Shown: positions 40,370-55,225 of the stretch, piece by piece
Numbering within the stretch: position 1 is the stretch's first letter
Layout: every line of letters begins with the position of its first letter
NCBI GenBank assembly: GCA_964016885.1
Contig: OZ024740.1
Location: 66,526,001-66,590,000 of the forward strand
Reading direction: 5' to 3'
Length of the DNA stretch: 64,000 bases
Source: Eledone cirrhosa
Taxonomy: Eukaryota
Made by a program: the position numbers and the translations under genes
Notes under the pieces: model-generated
Seen by the model: the letters and a program-made list of their open reading frames with translations, nothing else
Database searches by the model: none
Told to the model about the DNA's origin: nothing

Positions 40370-40915
40370 TGTTTGAATTTATTTTTACTTTAAAAAAGCG
40401 GCTCACGAAGGCTTTTCTTTTATAAATATAATTTGATTAATTATAAATGAGATTATCTCTGTCACCTGAACAAGTACATTAAATTTCGCGTACATTAAAT
40501 TTTGGGAATTTATGTTGTAGCCTTTTAGAGAATTTTATGACAAACAAAAGATAATGGTCAAGAGAAATGGGATGGGGGAATTGTTCTGGTTCAGTGAATA
40601 TGGTAGGTGTTTTTTCATATATGAGTGAAGTTTGGTTGGTTGATGTAGTCACGTGAATGAGTATATCAGCTTTCGCGTAAGTTTGTTTGAATTTCTTTTT
40701 ACTTTACAAAAGTCGCTCACGAAGGCTTTTTTTAAATAAATGTAATTTGATTGGTTATAAATGAAATTATGACTGTCACGTGAACATGTTCATTAAATAT
40801 CGCGCTCATATTTGGGAATTTATGTCGTAGCCTTTTAGAGAATTTTATGTCAAGCAAAAGATAATGGACAAGAGAAATGAGAATGGGAGAATTGTTCTGG
40901 TTCAGTGAATATGGC
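40370..40915. repeat. Direct tandem duplication (period ~310 bp) in the presumed pLTR region of the adjacent minus-strand PLE
   Basis: The block GTTTGAATTT...GCTCACGAAGGCTTTT...TTTGGGAATTTATGT.GTAGCCTTTTAGAGAATTTTATG...AATTGTTCTGGTTCAGTGAATATGG occurs at ~40370-40603 and ~40685-40914. Confidence 0.85.
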
Positions 40916-41329
40916 TAGTTCACTGGGGTGTCAGAATTCAGATTTTCTATTGAAATAAAGAATGTAAAGATATGTATGTTTATTTGTCTGCTTGTGTGTG
41001 TATGTATGTGTGTAGGAAGATAATTATATTAGTAGAAATAAGGGAGCGAGTTGTGTGTATATGGATATATGTGTGTGTGTGTGGGAGTATGTTAAGATGG
41101 AGATAATATATATATATATTGTGTGTGTGTATGTGTGTAGGAGAGTGATACTATTAGTAGAAATGGGGGAGGCAGTTGGGTGTGTGTGTGTGGGGGGGGG
41201 GGTTATATGTGTGTGTATGGGTGTTATGTGTGTGTGGGAGTATGGTTAGCATGTTAAGATGAAGAGAATATATATGATGTGTGTCTGTGTGTGTGTGTGT
41301 AGGAAAATTATTCCTTTAGTAGGAATATT

Positions 41330-41880
41330 TTTGAATGAACATGTTTTCCTTACTTATTCGTATTTGTTCTGTTGTTTTGTCAGCACAAAGATAACATGGG
41401 ATGACTTGGAATTCGGGTGTCTTATTACATGCGCATATGTCTAGATATGCGCTTAGTGGTATCTATCTCGTGGTTGGATCTCGTAATTGTTGGCGATGAA
41501 ATGTCATTCTGTTTCTGAGTGTGAGTTTAGTTTGTCCTATATAATCTTCATTGCATCATTTACATTTAATGGCATAAAATAGATTTTTTGATGAGTAAAT
41601 GAAGTGATTTTTTACAGCAAAATTTTGTCCTGATTTAAATGTATACGTGTTGCCTTCAATGAGGTGAGTGCTGGTTCCACAATTAGAGCGACCACATTTT
41701 TTGACAGCTGGTTGTGGGTTTGTTTTAGGTAATTTGGCATTGGTGAGTAATGTTTTCAGTGATTTCGGTTGTCTTTTGCTTTTGATTATTTTGTGTGTTT
41801 CAAGGGCTTTTTTCATTCTTGGGTCTCGTTTCTGTAGTAGGATGTTCTTGTGAATAGTGTTGTAAGCTTCCGCATTTCGA
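41330..41880 (-). mobile_element. Penelope-like element GIY-YIG fragment
   Basis: SKRQPKSLKTLLT, CGRSNCGT and NLFYAIKCK*CNEDYIGQTKLTLRNRMTFHRQQ. Confidence 0.85.
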
Positions 41881-43087
41881 AATCATATATATATATAGGA
41901 GAAAATAACGCACTGACTAGAAAGAAAACCGTAATACATTATCGGTTGCTAGCCGGTTGCAGCTCAATAATTTGTGTAGCCTGTCCTATTTACATCCCTC
42001 TTTATATGTAGCAGCAATGTAGCAACAAAAATATCATGCCTTCTGTATAAATATGTTTTGAAGTTCTGCCAGCGCCGATGAGGTGTTAACGGTGGAACAG
42101 CCTGCCCTTGAAATTAAAATGTTAGTGACTGAGAATTCCAGAGGCATATGCACGCTGAATATAACACTCAAATAGAATCAGCGTGGCACATTATAGTAGT
42201 TAGTGTAGATATCTATGTTTCCCAACTGAGAGGACATGAGAAATGCCAAATGAATTGCATAGCCCAAGTATAATATTCAGTATGAAATCGAATCCATAAA
42301 CGTACGAGTTTTCTTTTCCGTGTATTTCTTTGTTAAGAAGATAATAATTGTTTACGCTTTTATTCAATTACAATATTAAAAAGCAAAAAAAGGTTCATAG
42401 TGAGGAGGAAAACATTCGAAAGTACAGCTACTGTCATACAGTTAGTGCGTAATCAAGGCTTATACGTTGTGAAGAAATCTCATAATATGGGAAAGCAATC
42501 ATTAATATACAAATATAATTTATTTTAATCAATCAATTATTGTATTTCGTACACACATCTGTAAGTTTAACAAATATTGATTTCATTCTATTTATATTAT
42601 AAATAAAAATCGCATGATTTTAATCAACACTTTCAAATCCAGATACAATTTTTTTCCATTTATGAAACATTTGCCGTGAAGGCCCATCCTTCAGTTTAGT
42701 TAGAAATAATTATGAGAATTTGCAGATTGCATACTAATAATAAAACGAATTTCTTTTATTTTTAATTACTTTATAAAGTATAGGCAAAAATTAACTAATA
42801 CAAAATAAATACATATTTGCTGACTGAATTATTCTTCAGATTTTTTAAGTAAATTAAATGCAAATATTAAATTCTATTTAATGAATATTAGTACTCAATT
42901 AAAATTGTGTTTATTTGTTAATACAGATTTCAATATAAAATTCAGTAAATTAGAAAATAGTTTAATCACTCTTTTACATCAAAGAAATTATGTTATCAGT
43001 AGAGAACCTTCATCAACGAAAACTAATTAGCAATTAATTTCTCTCAAACGTGATCAAAGATTCAAAGATTATAGATTACATCAGAGA

Positions 43088-43673
<586 letters not shown>

Positions 43674-44256
43674 GGTGGCTGCCAACTCGTTTTCGAGTAC
43701 GGCCACTACTTTATATCCATGTAGGAGAACCCCTACCGATGCGCTGAACGAGTGTGACTTTTTAGTCCAGCCAGCGACTTGAAAACTCTGGTACAAACAC
43801 TACACTTGTGACAATTACTGACACATAGTGCTGGGCCCATGGTACCATGTGACGACAAGTGCAGAGAGATCTCCAGATATAAAGCAATGCCTGTGCCGTG
43901 AAGCTTTTATAGTGAGCAAAGGCACTGCACAAATCCAGTCCCACTCTCTTAACCAAGATGATATTTACCAAAAAGAAGAACAAGTCAACATCATTGGATA
44001 CCATCAGGGTTGCAGGTGTTATATCAGAGTTTTCCTTCTCCTAGAATTCTGCCTTGACAAAGGCTAAGGGGTCATCTCTCCCGGTGATTTTGGATGGCCA
44101 TTGACTCTTAAGAGCTCCTTTGCCCTTTGACAGGTTTTGTTTTTAGTCCTGCAGGATGTCCAAAGTCACCCTCCTCACCAAGAAACCTTGGTGGGGTTGC
44201 CAGTTTAGTCGCCAACGACCCGACCATGGGACAGGTTGTACTGGGATACATGTTAC
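43674..44256 (-). mobile_element. Non-autonomous RTE-LINE derivative, copy 2
   Basis: Colinear and nearly identical to 2018-2600. Confidence 0.75.
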
Positions 44257-45162
<906 letters not shown>

Positions 45163-46116
45163 GTGTGTATGGTATTTATATTCAAATGTAACCTCCAGTG
45201 GCCTGCATCATGCCCTATAGGGCTTGAACTTTAAGCGCATTTTAAAATAAAAGTGATGTTGTCGATGCCTGACGTGTTAGGCCATACATGTGCTTGATCG
45301 TTGTTGACTTGGTCCAGAAAACAGTAGTAGAATTTAGAGAATCAATAGTGTTTTGGCGAAGAAAGCATATATCAAGATCTTTACTGAACTGATAATATAT
45401 TGACAATAATTAAGGCGTCAAGGGAATGTTTTATAATCAGATAGTAACTAAATAAAATACCATAATTGCCATATTGATAGTATGTTTATGAATATTATGT
45501 AACAGCAAAAATATAAAATATTAAAATAAAATACAAATTAACGCTAATCTATATCTTTTAATAATCTAATATCTAGAATTAAGAGTGCACGATTGGCTGG
45601 CTAAGTAGCTCACTTCGGAACTACGTTTGCATATCTATTCTATCTGCATTACATCATAAGCATGTAGTTTCCTGCATATATACGTTTTAACCCAAAGCTA
45701 GTGGTTGAAATTTATTACAGGGACAATTTATGCAAGGAGCGTGTCTCTTATTGTGCCATTCATTAAAACCGTTAGATTGCCACAGACACATCATCCTTTG
45801 GAAGCTTCATGAATACCAGTGCTGCAAGCATTAGGGCCAGTTCATTCATCTGAGTATAACTATCTTCACTTGTTCTACGTGCTCTGATTGCCCCCTTGAC
45901 GTTAATCAAAACTACTTTTACAGACTAAGCGTAAGAAATTGAGTAAAAGTTGCAAATTGTACCCACATGAAATAAATGCAAGCGTACGACGTTCAACTAA
46001 GAAAACATTAATGATTACTGGCATACATACGGAATACAAGGGTGAGTGTAGTCGTATAAATAAATGCGTGTACCTCAATGGGACTTGATTCATCGTTCAT
46101 CTTCCTTATATCTATT

Positions 46117-46380
46117 TTCTTCTTCTTCTTCTTCTTCTTCTTCTTCTTCTTCTTCTTCTTCTTCTTCTTCGCCCAGTTATTCCCGAGAGTGTCCTGGAGA
46201 CAGTCATCAAACACTTCTTACAGCGTGTCCTGTCAGAATCAACAACCTCCAACTGATCCGGCTGGATCCCCAAGTATGTCCAGCCAAGCTTATGAATGTT
46301 ATCCAACAATCTTCCTCTGGGTGTACCTTGGGTCTCTTGCCGGCCACATCAAAATGTTTTATGGTCATACTAAAGTGACA
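46117..46380 (-). mobile_element. RTE-group LINE 3' end with (GAA)n tail
   Basis: Minus strand VAGKRPK / LDNIH...DRTR resembles the GKRPRGRP...W.D.I...DR..WR terminus; (TTC)n at 46117-46170 is the tail. Confidence 0.65.
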
Positions 46381-47004
46381 TCAGTTATTGCCTGTTAATT
46401 CATTTAATTGACCACAAAAGAACGAAAGGCAAAGTTGACTATGGCGCGATATCAACTCAGAAATGCTGTAATCATAGGTCAAGCATTATGTCAAGGTCTC
46501 TGCATGTCCACCTCATTATTAACCCCTAAATTTACAAAATTCAACTAAGCCCAAACGAGAAATAAAAATAAATTAGTGTAAATACATTTTAAAATATCAT
46601 TGATGGGATTATATTATACTTCGAGTTAATCGTTGTAATTCGAACACTATTATAGGAACAAAGCTACGAACTGCACAGGCGAGTCGTGTACATCAACAAA
46701 AGCCCATGGGTGTTTTTTAGTTCTGTATAAATTCGGAATGATTTGAACTTCAATAACAAGTACCACTATACTTTAATCTATTTAGTCTGTGTTTTCTATA
46801 GTTCGTGCCATATAACAATTATGTTAATTACAGCAACATAAAAAACAAGAACACAAAGGAAGAATATTGGTTTTTCTCCGTGGATATATAGGGTTCCTTT
46901 ATCTAAATGACAAGAAGAAAGAAAACAATATTTCTCTATTATATAATTTGGCTCAAATATTTGAATTTTTTTACATGTTAAAACATTTACGGAGAAAAAA
47001 AAAC

Positions 47005-48910
47005 ATGGCTGAGCCACGCTCCTCAGCGATATGTCTGCTGTCACGCGACAACGACGTGGAAGTTGAGAGGAGCGCTACAGCGAAATTGACACAAATTAAT
47101 AACAAAAACACCACCACAAACAATGTAAACAAAGACACCAATGATACCAATGAGAACTCTAATTTTGAAAAAAATGACAGTAACAGCGAAAACGAAAGTA
47201 CAGATAACGAAAAAAAAAAATAACAAATACAACAATATCAACACCACTAACATGAAAACAAATAGCGACAACACCAACAGCAACAATACCAACTGCACCG
47301 AGAACAACGGTGGCAACAAAGACAACAATGATAACAGCGACAGTGCTAACAACAACACCAACAAGAACAACGACAACAAAACCCCCAACGAAAACAAGAA
47401 GAACACTTTCGCTGCGGCAGCAGCAAAAAAGAGGCCATGCTTCATCATGAACCTCTCAAACAAAGATGAAAAGTTGGCCCAGGCATGGAAGCTCATTAAG
47501 CAAGAGCAAACCTGGGCCAACTTAACTGTCCCGGTAGAAGCTATTGAGGCAGTGGAGCGCAGAACGGTGCATTATAGATGCATCTCAGCACAAACCAAAA
47601 GGGCAGCTTTAATCCCACAAGAAGATGTCGAAGTCGCGCTGAGGTGCATCAGAGAAGACACCGAATACATAGAGAGGGGCAGACAGTACGGCACCATTTC
47701 GGTGTTGTTCAAGTCAGAAGCCCTCGCTATGAAACACGCTATGACTCCTTGCAAAACCAGCAAAGTCATAATGTACCCCTCCCACGTGGGAAAAAGAACG
47801 GCCCGTCTCCGCATTCCCAGAATCCCACCAGGACTTGACATGTGGTGGCTTCTGGGATGTGTGATTGTGGAGGGGACGGATACCGTCCCTATAGAAGTGA
47901 CCAGAACGGCCAGAGAGGACTGGTCCAGGGTTGACCTGGAGATCCTTCTCCAGATCAGGCCCGAGAATGTGAAGACAATCCCGGACCACATCCGCCTTCA
48001 GAATGGGACTGTCATTCACATTATGACCGAAGGCAAAATGCCGAAGTGTTTTGTTTGTGGGGAAAAAACCCATTTGCGAGCCTTCTGCCCTCAACTGCTG
48101 AAGGAGGCAAGGGGTCGAAAGGCTCCACAGCTACCGACGCCGGGGCGAGGACCACAACCAACACCAACACCGGCAGAACCACCAACAACAAAAGCAATAG
48201 AAAGACCACCACCAACATTCACCACCCAGGGGGGAAACGAGGAAAGCTGTCAAATTCTCCCTCCCCCCAAAATTACACACACCAATAAAACCATAAACAT
48301 ACATACAGACACACTTACAGACACAGACCCCTCATCTACCAGTAGTGAAGATGAGGGAAAACCAAAATCCCCCAAAATACAAAAAAGGAAACACAAAAAG
48401 AAAAAAAAAATCAATAAAGCACAAAATCACCCACAATAAAAAAACGCAGACACCACCCACGCAAACATCTCTCCAATGACACCAACATCAACACCACCAG
48501 AACCCCCAAACGCAAACAACCTTAACAGACGGAAGAACAAATATACACACAAACATCTGAAACCACAGACACCGCACTCACAACAAACACAGATACAACC
48601 GAAACAACACCACCAAAACGATCACCACCACAGCCACGCAAACAAATAAAATCACACCAACAAAACATACAAAACTTCGTGATCGTCAGGTGGGCCAACA
48701 AGGAACTGATGGCCCTGGTAACACGAAGTGAAAATATACAAAAAGAGGGGGACATTTTTAATCAAAGAAATACAAGACAGCTTTCCTCGGGACGTGGGAA
48801 ACCCGAACGTAAAACCCAGTTCAAGACTTGTAAAGGGTTTCCCAAAAGAAACCCCACCAACTATGGAGGTCGAACAACCCGACCTTCACAAGAGCCCGGA
48901 AGGTAAGTAA
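47005..48910 (+). pseudogene. LINE ORF1 (gag-like, CX2CX4HX4C knuckle), frameshifted in A-runs
   Basis: ATG at 47005 (MAEPRSS...), Asn-rich N-terminus, frameshift at the A-run ~47210, TFAAAAAKK, knuckle CFVCGEKTHLRAFC, Pro/Thr-rich tail. Confidence 0.8.
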
Positions 48911-48941
48911 ACCTTCCTCTCTCTCTTTTTAACCTGCCAAC

Positions 48942-51900
48942 ATGGCCGTATTAAGAGTAGGATGTTTAAATATTCGAAGCCTGTGATCGTCATGGAAGCA
49001 CGGTCACCTGCTCAACGAACTCAGGTCTATAGAAATGGATGTAATTGCCGTCAGTGAGACCAGGATATCCGACACGCGCGCACTAGCCCCCATTTTCGAC
49101 GACTATCAAATCTTTGCATCTGTTAGCTGGCCGGGAATGGGAGGCGGCGTGGCAGTGCTGTTTAGGAAAGGCCTGGATCTCGAGGTAAGGTCGATCTTCT
49201 GGGACCCGGACGGGAAGTTGGTGGTCCTGGATGTGAACAATAACGAAGGTGGTGCCTCTAGACTGGTGGCCTTATATGCTCCTACTGGGGCAGGAAGGCC
49301 GGACTTCTTTAGACACCTGGAAGCCTTTCTGGGTACGTCCCGCCCTTTACTGTTAGCGGGGGACTGGAACGGCATCTTAGACGCACGCTTGGACTGTGTG
49401 GGAGTATCCGATAGGAGCGAGGGGTTCAAAAGCCTCAAAAACCTGATCAGCCAGTTGCAATTGTCTTACAGGTACCGACTAGATTTCCCTAATGCGCCAG
49501 TATGGACCTGGGCTAACCACATAGGGTCATCTAGATCGTATATAGACAGGTTATTCATTAGGAAAATAGACAGAAATAGTGTAAGCTGTCCACGTTTTGA
49601 AACAGTCGCATATTCAGATCACAAGTTTGTGATCTGTATGGTCGACCTAGATAAGACGCGTTTGTTAGGACCTGGTTACGGGAAGCTAAACATGTCATTT
49701 CCGGCTGGTAAGGCTTACAGGGACCAGGTCAACAATTTAGTTAAGAAAATGTTGACAGGGGGAGTCGTCATCAATAGATGGTGGGGGGCTCTCAAAGAGA
49801 GATTAGAGTAACGTCGATAGAGTTTAGCAAAGAAGTAGCGTTAGAGAAACAGAGAAAGGAGGGGGAGTTGGTAGATATGTTAGACGAGGCTATTGGTAGT
49901 GGCATTGCAACTGACGTGCTAGCGGCGAGAATGGCATTAGACTATTTCTTCAATGCTAAACACGAAGGTTGCATTGTCAGAGCTAAGGCGCGTGCTCTGA
50001 GAATGCAGGGAACCAAAGCTGTTCGATGGGACCGCGTGGCAGAGACGCAGCGTGGTAATAAAACCACGATTCGGTCTTTGACGGACCGAGACGGGCAGGA
50101 GCTGAGCGATTCCAAGAGGATGTGTGAGGCCTTTCGCCAATATTTTGCTCGGTTGTTGGGTGGAAGTGGCGGGTCAGAGATGGCGGCGGACTTCAGTCCC
50201 TACCTCGATGGCTTGCCGCAACTCTCGACACCTGACGCTGGGCACTGCTAAAGGCCAATTACTTCAGCCGAGATTCAGGATGCCTTTGTAGGCTGCATGA
50301 GGCGCAAGTCACCCGGTTTGGATGGTCTGCCCTGAGAGCTTTACGTAAATATGCCAGACTTGTTCTCCAATCTCCTCGAAGCGCTCTACTGCAACTGCCA
50401 GCAAAACGGGAGTATTCCCAGTTCTGTGAGCCAGGCGTAGTGACGCTGATAAGGAAGGACGAGAACAAGAGGGACACATTAGACAATTTCAGGCCCATAA
50501 CTTTGCTCAACACAGAGTTTAAGATTTTGGCCAGGGTGTTAGCGAAGGGGTTGGCGCTTGTCGTCGGGGATTTGGTCGGGGAGGCGCAAACTTGCGCAAT
50601 CCCAACCAGGTCCATACACGACAACCTCCACCTAATGCGATGCATCATAGAGAGGGTAGGGTGTAAACCTGGCTTCGGTGGGGCTCTGATCAATTTAGAT
50701 CAATCGAAAGCATTCGATAGGGTCGACCATCGGTACCTAGAGGCTGTCTTCAAGGCGTCTGGCTTCGGCCCCGTCTTCAGAATCTGGATCGCTGCAATGC
50801 ACAGCGGCACCTGCCCGATGGTCAAAATTAATGGCCACCTCTCGGAACCGTTTCATGTCTCCCGATCGGTCCGTAAAGGGTGCTCTCTCTCCTCCCTTCT
50901 GTACGTATTGACTCTCGAGCCTTTACTGCGGAGGCTGGAGCTGTTGCAGGGCATCCCGCTCGAACCGGGATGCGGAAAGGCTGTGTCGGCTTATGCGGAC
51001 GACATCACCGTGATGGTGTCGGACACCTCAGAAATCGAGGTGGTCGGCAACTTATTGGAGGAATATGAAAGGTTGACGGGAGCAAAACTTAACTCAGAAA
51101 AGTCAGTGGGCTTGCAACTCGGCACCTGGAGAGGCAGGTCCATGCCGTCCAACAGCATCGTTAGGCGCTTGACGGACGAACCGGTAAAGTTGATAGGGGT
51201 TTGGTTCGGGCAAACCTCCAGGTGGATAAGAATTGGAACGAGGTGACGGGCAGGGTAGTCAGTCTCACCCAGAAATGGGCTGGGATAAAGCTATCACTGA
51301 AAGGTCGGGCGGAGGTGGCGAATGCGTACATCGCGTCCGACATCTACTACCGTCTGACTGTCGTCCCTTGCCCCCGTTCGCGCCTCGCTATCTTGGAGCG
51401 GCCCCTCTTCAAATTCTTGTGGAGGGGTCAGGTTCCGCTGGTTAGGCGGTCCATCTGCTGCCAGCACCCTCTACGTGGAGGGCTGGGCATGCCGTGGCTA
51501 ATGATGCGCAGGCACGCGCTGAGGCTGCGGCATCTCCAGATATTCTGCCTAAACGGTGAACAGGTGTGGTCGCCGTTTGTCAGACGGGCCTTTCCGCAGC
51601 TCGTTTCTTTGACTGAGTTGCAGTCCTGGGTCAAGAAGAGACTGAGACTGGGAGACTGGCATCTGGAATGTTGCCAGGCACTCACTGCCCGTTACCAGGA
51701 GGGCAATGCGGTCAGTGGAACATCCACTCTCGAGTTGTATAGAGGATTAGTGGTGGGCAAGTGCGACGACCACTCGGAGAGGATCTGGGAGTCAACGAAG
51801 TCGAACTAACCAGTCTGTATCGGAGGACTTTCGAGCCGGGGACGATGGATAATTTCCCCAAACCCCTCGCTTGGCAGTGCTTCCGGGAGAAACTGCCTGT

Positions 51901-52360
51901 TCGAGATAAACTCTACAGGCACGGAAGTGCTGTCGGACGGACCTGCTCGAGATGCGCGCAGAGTGACGAAACCGTTCTGCACGCACTCGTCCAGTGTCCG
52001 TGCATTACTGACTTGTGGAGTTATGTTGAACAACTGTTGTCGCGTGTAGAACGGATCCGGCTATCGGCCGAGTCCATAGTGAAGATCGACCCGCCGCCTT
52101 CTTTTGGCTAGGAAGGGCAGGCAATTTTCCTCTGTCTGCTGGCAGTAGCGAAAGAGGTTGTATGGTGGACGAGGTTGAAAGGACTGAAGACAGACACTTT
52201 TCTCTTCGGCCAATCCCTCATCAACTTTTTCAAGTTTCACTTGGAAAGGAAGGTGAGGGTGGAGAGAGAAGTGCTGCCCCCCAGTACATTCGCTGAAAGG
52301 TGGGTGAATGTGGCGAGATTGGCCCGTGTGAGTGGGCCTAATCTGGTCATGCGGCTGTAG
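48942..52360 (+). pseudogene. LINE ORF2 (APE endonuclease + reverse transcriptase + C-terminal zinc finger) with stops and frameshifts
   Basis: Motifs MAVLRVGCLNIRSL, IAVSET, LYAP, AGDWN, SYIDR, YSDH; KSPGLDGLP, NFRPITLLN, DQSKAFDRVDH, VRKGCSLS, AYADD; CSRC...ETVLHALVQC. Confidence 0.92.
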
Positions 52361-53221
52361 GTAGGTAAATTTGAAGAGGAGAGGGGTGCCCTTCCAGGGT
52401 TCTCTCGAAGCATCGGGTCGTTCAGGACTGGTGGTGTACCTGAGCGAACCCTAGGTGGGCATCCCCCCTAATGGGGAATGTTTTCTTGTTGTAATTTTCT
52501 CGTTACTTTATTGTTACTTTGTTATTGTTACTTTGTTTATTCATATTGTTTAATCGATTTTTCTGTAAAACCCCACTATCCCAGTTGTTTGTATTGTCCC
52601 CTATATGTCGGCCCTTGTGGCCAATAAATGAAATCATTATTATTATTATTATTTGGTATTTACATTTTTTTTTTTTTTTTTTTGTTCGACATATGTTTTA
52701 ATTATATTTTGTATTTTGGCATGATTCAGCGCCCACCAATTCCGAAACACATAATTAATTTCAATCTCTAAAGTGCTGTTGTTTCTAACTTGGGTATAAA
52801 TATATTACTGAAAAAAATCATATTTCTTTTTATTTTATATTTAATTATATTTTTTCTAATGCTGAAATCATGGCTAATTTCTTATAATAAGTTATCATTT
52901 AATGCTTCAATAAAAATGCATATTTGGGCCATCTGAGACCTTTACTAAGAACATAATTCTTAGAATCGAAACATATTCAACATCAACAGAATTTGGAATG
53001 TATTGTAAATACAAAATAATCAGAATTTGTTGAAGTATTAGTCAGAAATTCCGGTAAAGTTTCTATAGCCGAGTTCATAAATCTGACCCGTCCATCTCAA
53101 AATTCCTATAGACAGACATTATGCTTAATTTCCTGTATTTACGCAATCAAATGATAATACGAGGCCTAATACCACATATACACACATATATGTGTGCATA
53201 TAAACATATATATATATATGC

Positions 53222-53255
<34 letters not shown>

Positions 53256-53297
53256 GCATATATATATATATATATATGTATAAATACACACAGACAA

Positions 53298-53350
<53 letters not shown>

Positions 53351-53735
53351 CACACACACACCCATACACACATATATATATATATATATTTATATTTATC
53401 TATATTTGTGCGTGTGTTTGTGTGTAAGAGTTTGCGTGTAATATGAATAATCTTTAAGAAACTGTAGACTCTATATATTGACGGTAATTAACTTTGTGCT
53501 TCGTACATTAATTACAACCAACTAAAAGTTTTCAAGAATATAATGAATTGTTTCCCTAGCTTTCTCCCTGTCTTTCTCTCTTTTTCTCTCTTTCTATATC
53601 TCTCCCTCTACCTTTCTCCTCAAAGACACACACTTATATATGTTAATACACACAGACACACACACACAGATACATATATATATATATATATATATATAAG
53701 TAGAAACAATTATATATATATATATATATATATAT

Positions 53736-53922
53736 AATTGTTTCTACTTCTGGCACAAGGCCATCAAATACCCAGTACATTACTGGTACTTTATTTTATC
53801 GACCCCGTAAGGATGAAAGGCAAAGTTAACCTCGGCGGGATTTGAACTCAGACCGTAAAGGGGTGTAACTATGCTGGAAAGCATGACGTCCGACTCTCTA
53901 CCGATACTGCCAATCCACCGCC
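53736..53922 (-). mobile_element. Full-length tRNA-derived SINE (Pol III A and B boxes)
   Basis: Minus strand: GGCGGTGGAT-TGGCAGTATCGG (A box)...GAGTTCAAATCC (B box), then GCCTTTCATCCTTACGGGGTCGATAAAATAAAGTACCAG central domain, tail and (TA)n. Confidence 0.9.
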
Positions 53923-54690
53923 GTATATATATAGAAGATAGACATATATATATAGATACACAAAGTTAAACTCATATATGTGCAGTGTCCATCCTTTTCC
54001 AGTTTTGCTGGAAACCAAATATATATGTGTTTACCCTTATGTATCTACATGTATATGTAACTTTCATAATTTTCGTAAATCACTTATGGTACGGTAAAAA
54101 TTAGGCCGAAGTAGATTACATCTTCTAGCAGGTCTATTACTTCCCAATGGTCCACCCTTACTAGCCTACTGTCTGACCATAAAACTGCGTGATTATTCTC
54201 CCTTTCGAACACTTTCATTGGAGAAATTCAGTTCGAGGACCGCTTTCTTTACTACAAGGGCCTCTTAAAGAAACGGTAAATTTACCGCTTAAGAAGGCTT
54301 TAACTGCACAATAGCTGCATAGAAAACGGCGAAACTGTAGTCGCCACTTTGAAGTAAAAGTACGTACATGATTTATCTATTTACTCTTCAAACTAAACAT
54401 TGTATATATGTATATATATATATTGTTATACTTTGGGAGGGTCATGTTGCCAATAAGAAACACACGTACACTAGAATCACTCCAATTTATTATAAATTAG
54501 AAATTTAAGAAATTTGTAATTTCCGTTTGGTTGGTTGGTTCCACAACCGGACGGTTGTTCATATATTGTCAAAGTTCTTTCGTCACATATTCTGTGACCT
54601 CTTCAGTGACTGGGGATTCTTTTTTTGTTTTGTGCCTCTCCGTTGTTCTGTCCTACAAGATGTCGTAGAAGTTGGCGTAGGACAGAACAG

Positions 54691-54748
54691 AGACAACCTT
54701 AAGGGTTGTAGCTTCCTATCCAGGAAGCTACAACCGTTAAGGTTGTCT
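54691..54748. repeat. 27-bp-stem hairpin adjoining a pLTR-like repeat
   Basis: AGACAACCTTAAGGGTTGTAGCTTCCT-atcc-AGGAAGCTACAACCGTTAAGGTTGTCT, one mismatch. Confidence 0.85.
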
Positions 54749-54853
54749 TTTTTTCAGGGTATGAAATTGCACCATAATTTGCCTTGGTGGCCCTTGAAAT
54801 ATCTATAATAAAATAAATATGGTTTTATAAATATAGTTTCCATTTGTTAATAT

Positions 54854-54892
<39 letters not shown>

Positions 54893-54988
54893 CCAAAGAT
54901 TAATATGATTCATTGATTACTCAATGAATATAGTTTTACAATAAATTAAAAGTACTCTACAGCGAAGTTTTCTGGGGTTATTAATATT

Positions 54989-55225
54989 ATTCAAAATATT
55001 AATAAATGAAGACGTTCACATAATCCAATTATACGTTTTATTATATATATTTGACTGTCAATACTGGAATTGAACCATCAAGACAGTTGAGGTATGCCAT
55101 ACATCAATTCATGTATTTTATCTGACGAGGACGTACTGAAAAGAACACCATAGTACCGCCGAAATATATATAATAAAACATATATTTTGATTATGTGAAC
55201 GTCTTCAATTATTGATATTTTGAAT
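54989..55225. repeat. Foldback element (arms about 54989-55052 and 55161-55225) carrying a hammerhead
   Basis: ATTCAAAATATTAATAAATGAAGACGTTCACATAATC pairs with GATTATGTGAACGTCTTCAATTATTGATATTTTGAAT. Confidence 0.8.
55116..55178 (+). ncRNA. Minimal type I hammerhead ribozyme with intact catalytic core
   Basis: TTTTAT-CTGACGA-GGacGTACT-(loop)-AGTACcgCC-GAAA-TATATA-TA-ATAAAA. Stem I is 6 bp, G10.1-C11.1 is paired, stem III is short and palindromic, cleavage is after A55172. Confidence 0.8.

Larger units (their letters stand above)
47005..52652 (+). mobile_element. Near full-length L1/Tx1-clade LINE, disrupted
   Basis: ORF1 with a CCHC knuckle, ORF2 with APE-RT-zinc finger, 3'UTR with AATAAA (52623) and an (ATT)n tail. 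Confidence 0.92.

Noticed and set aside
53736-53922. tRNA gene
   Set aside because: A and B boxes are present, but the spacing and the body and tail shared with several truncated copies identify a SINE.
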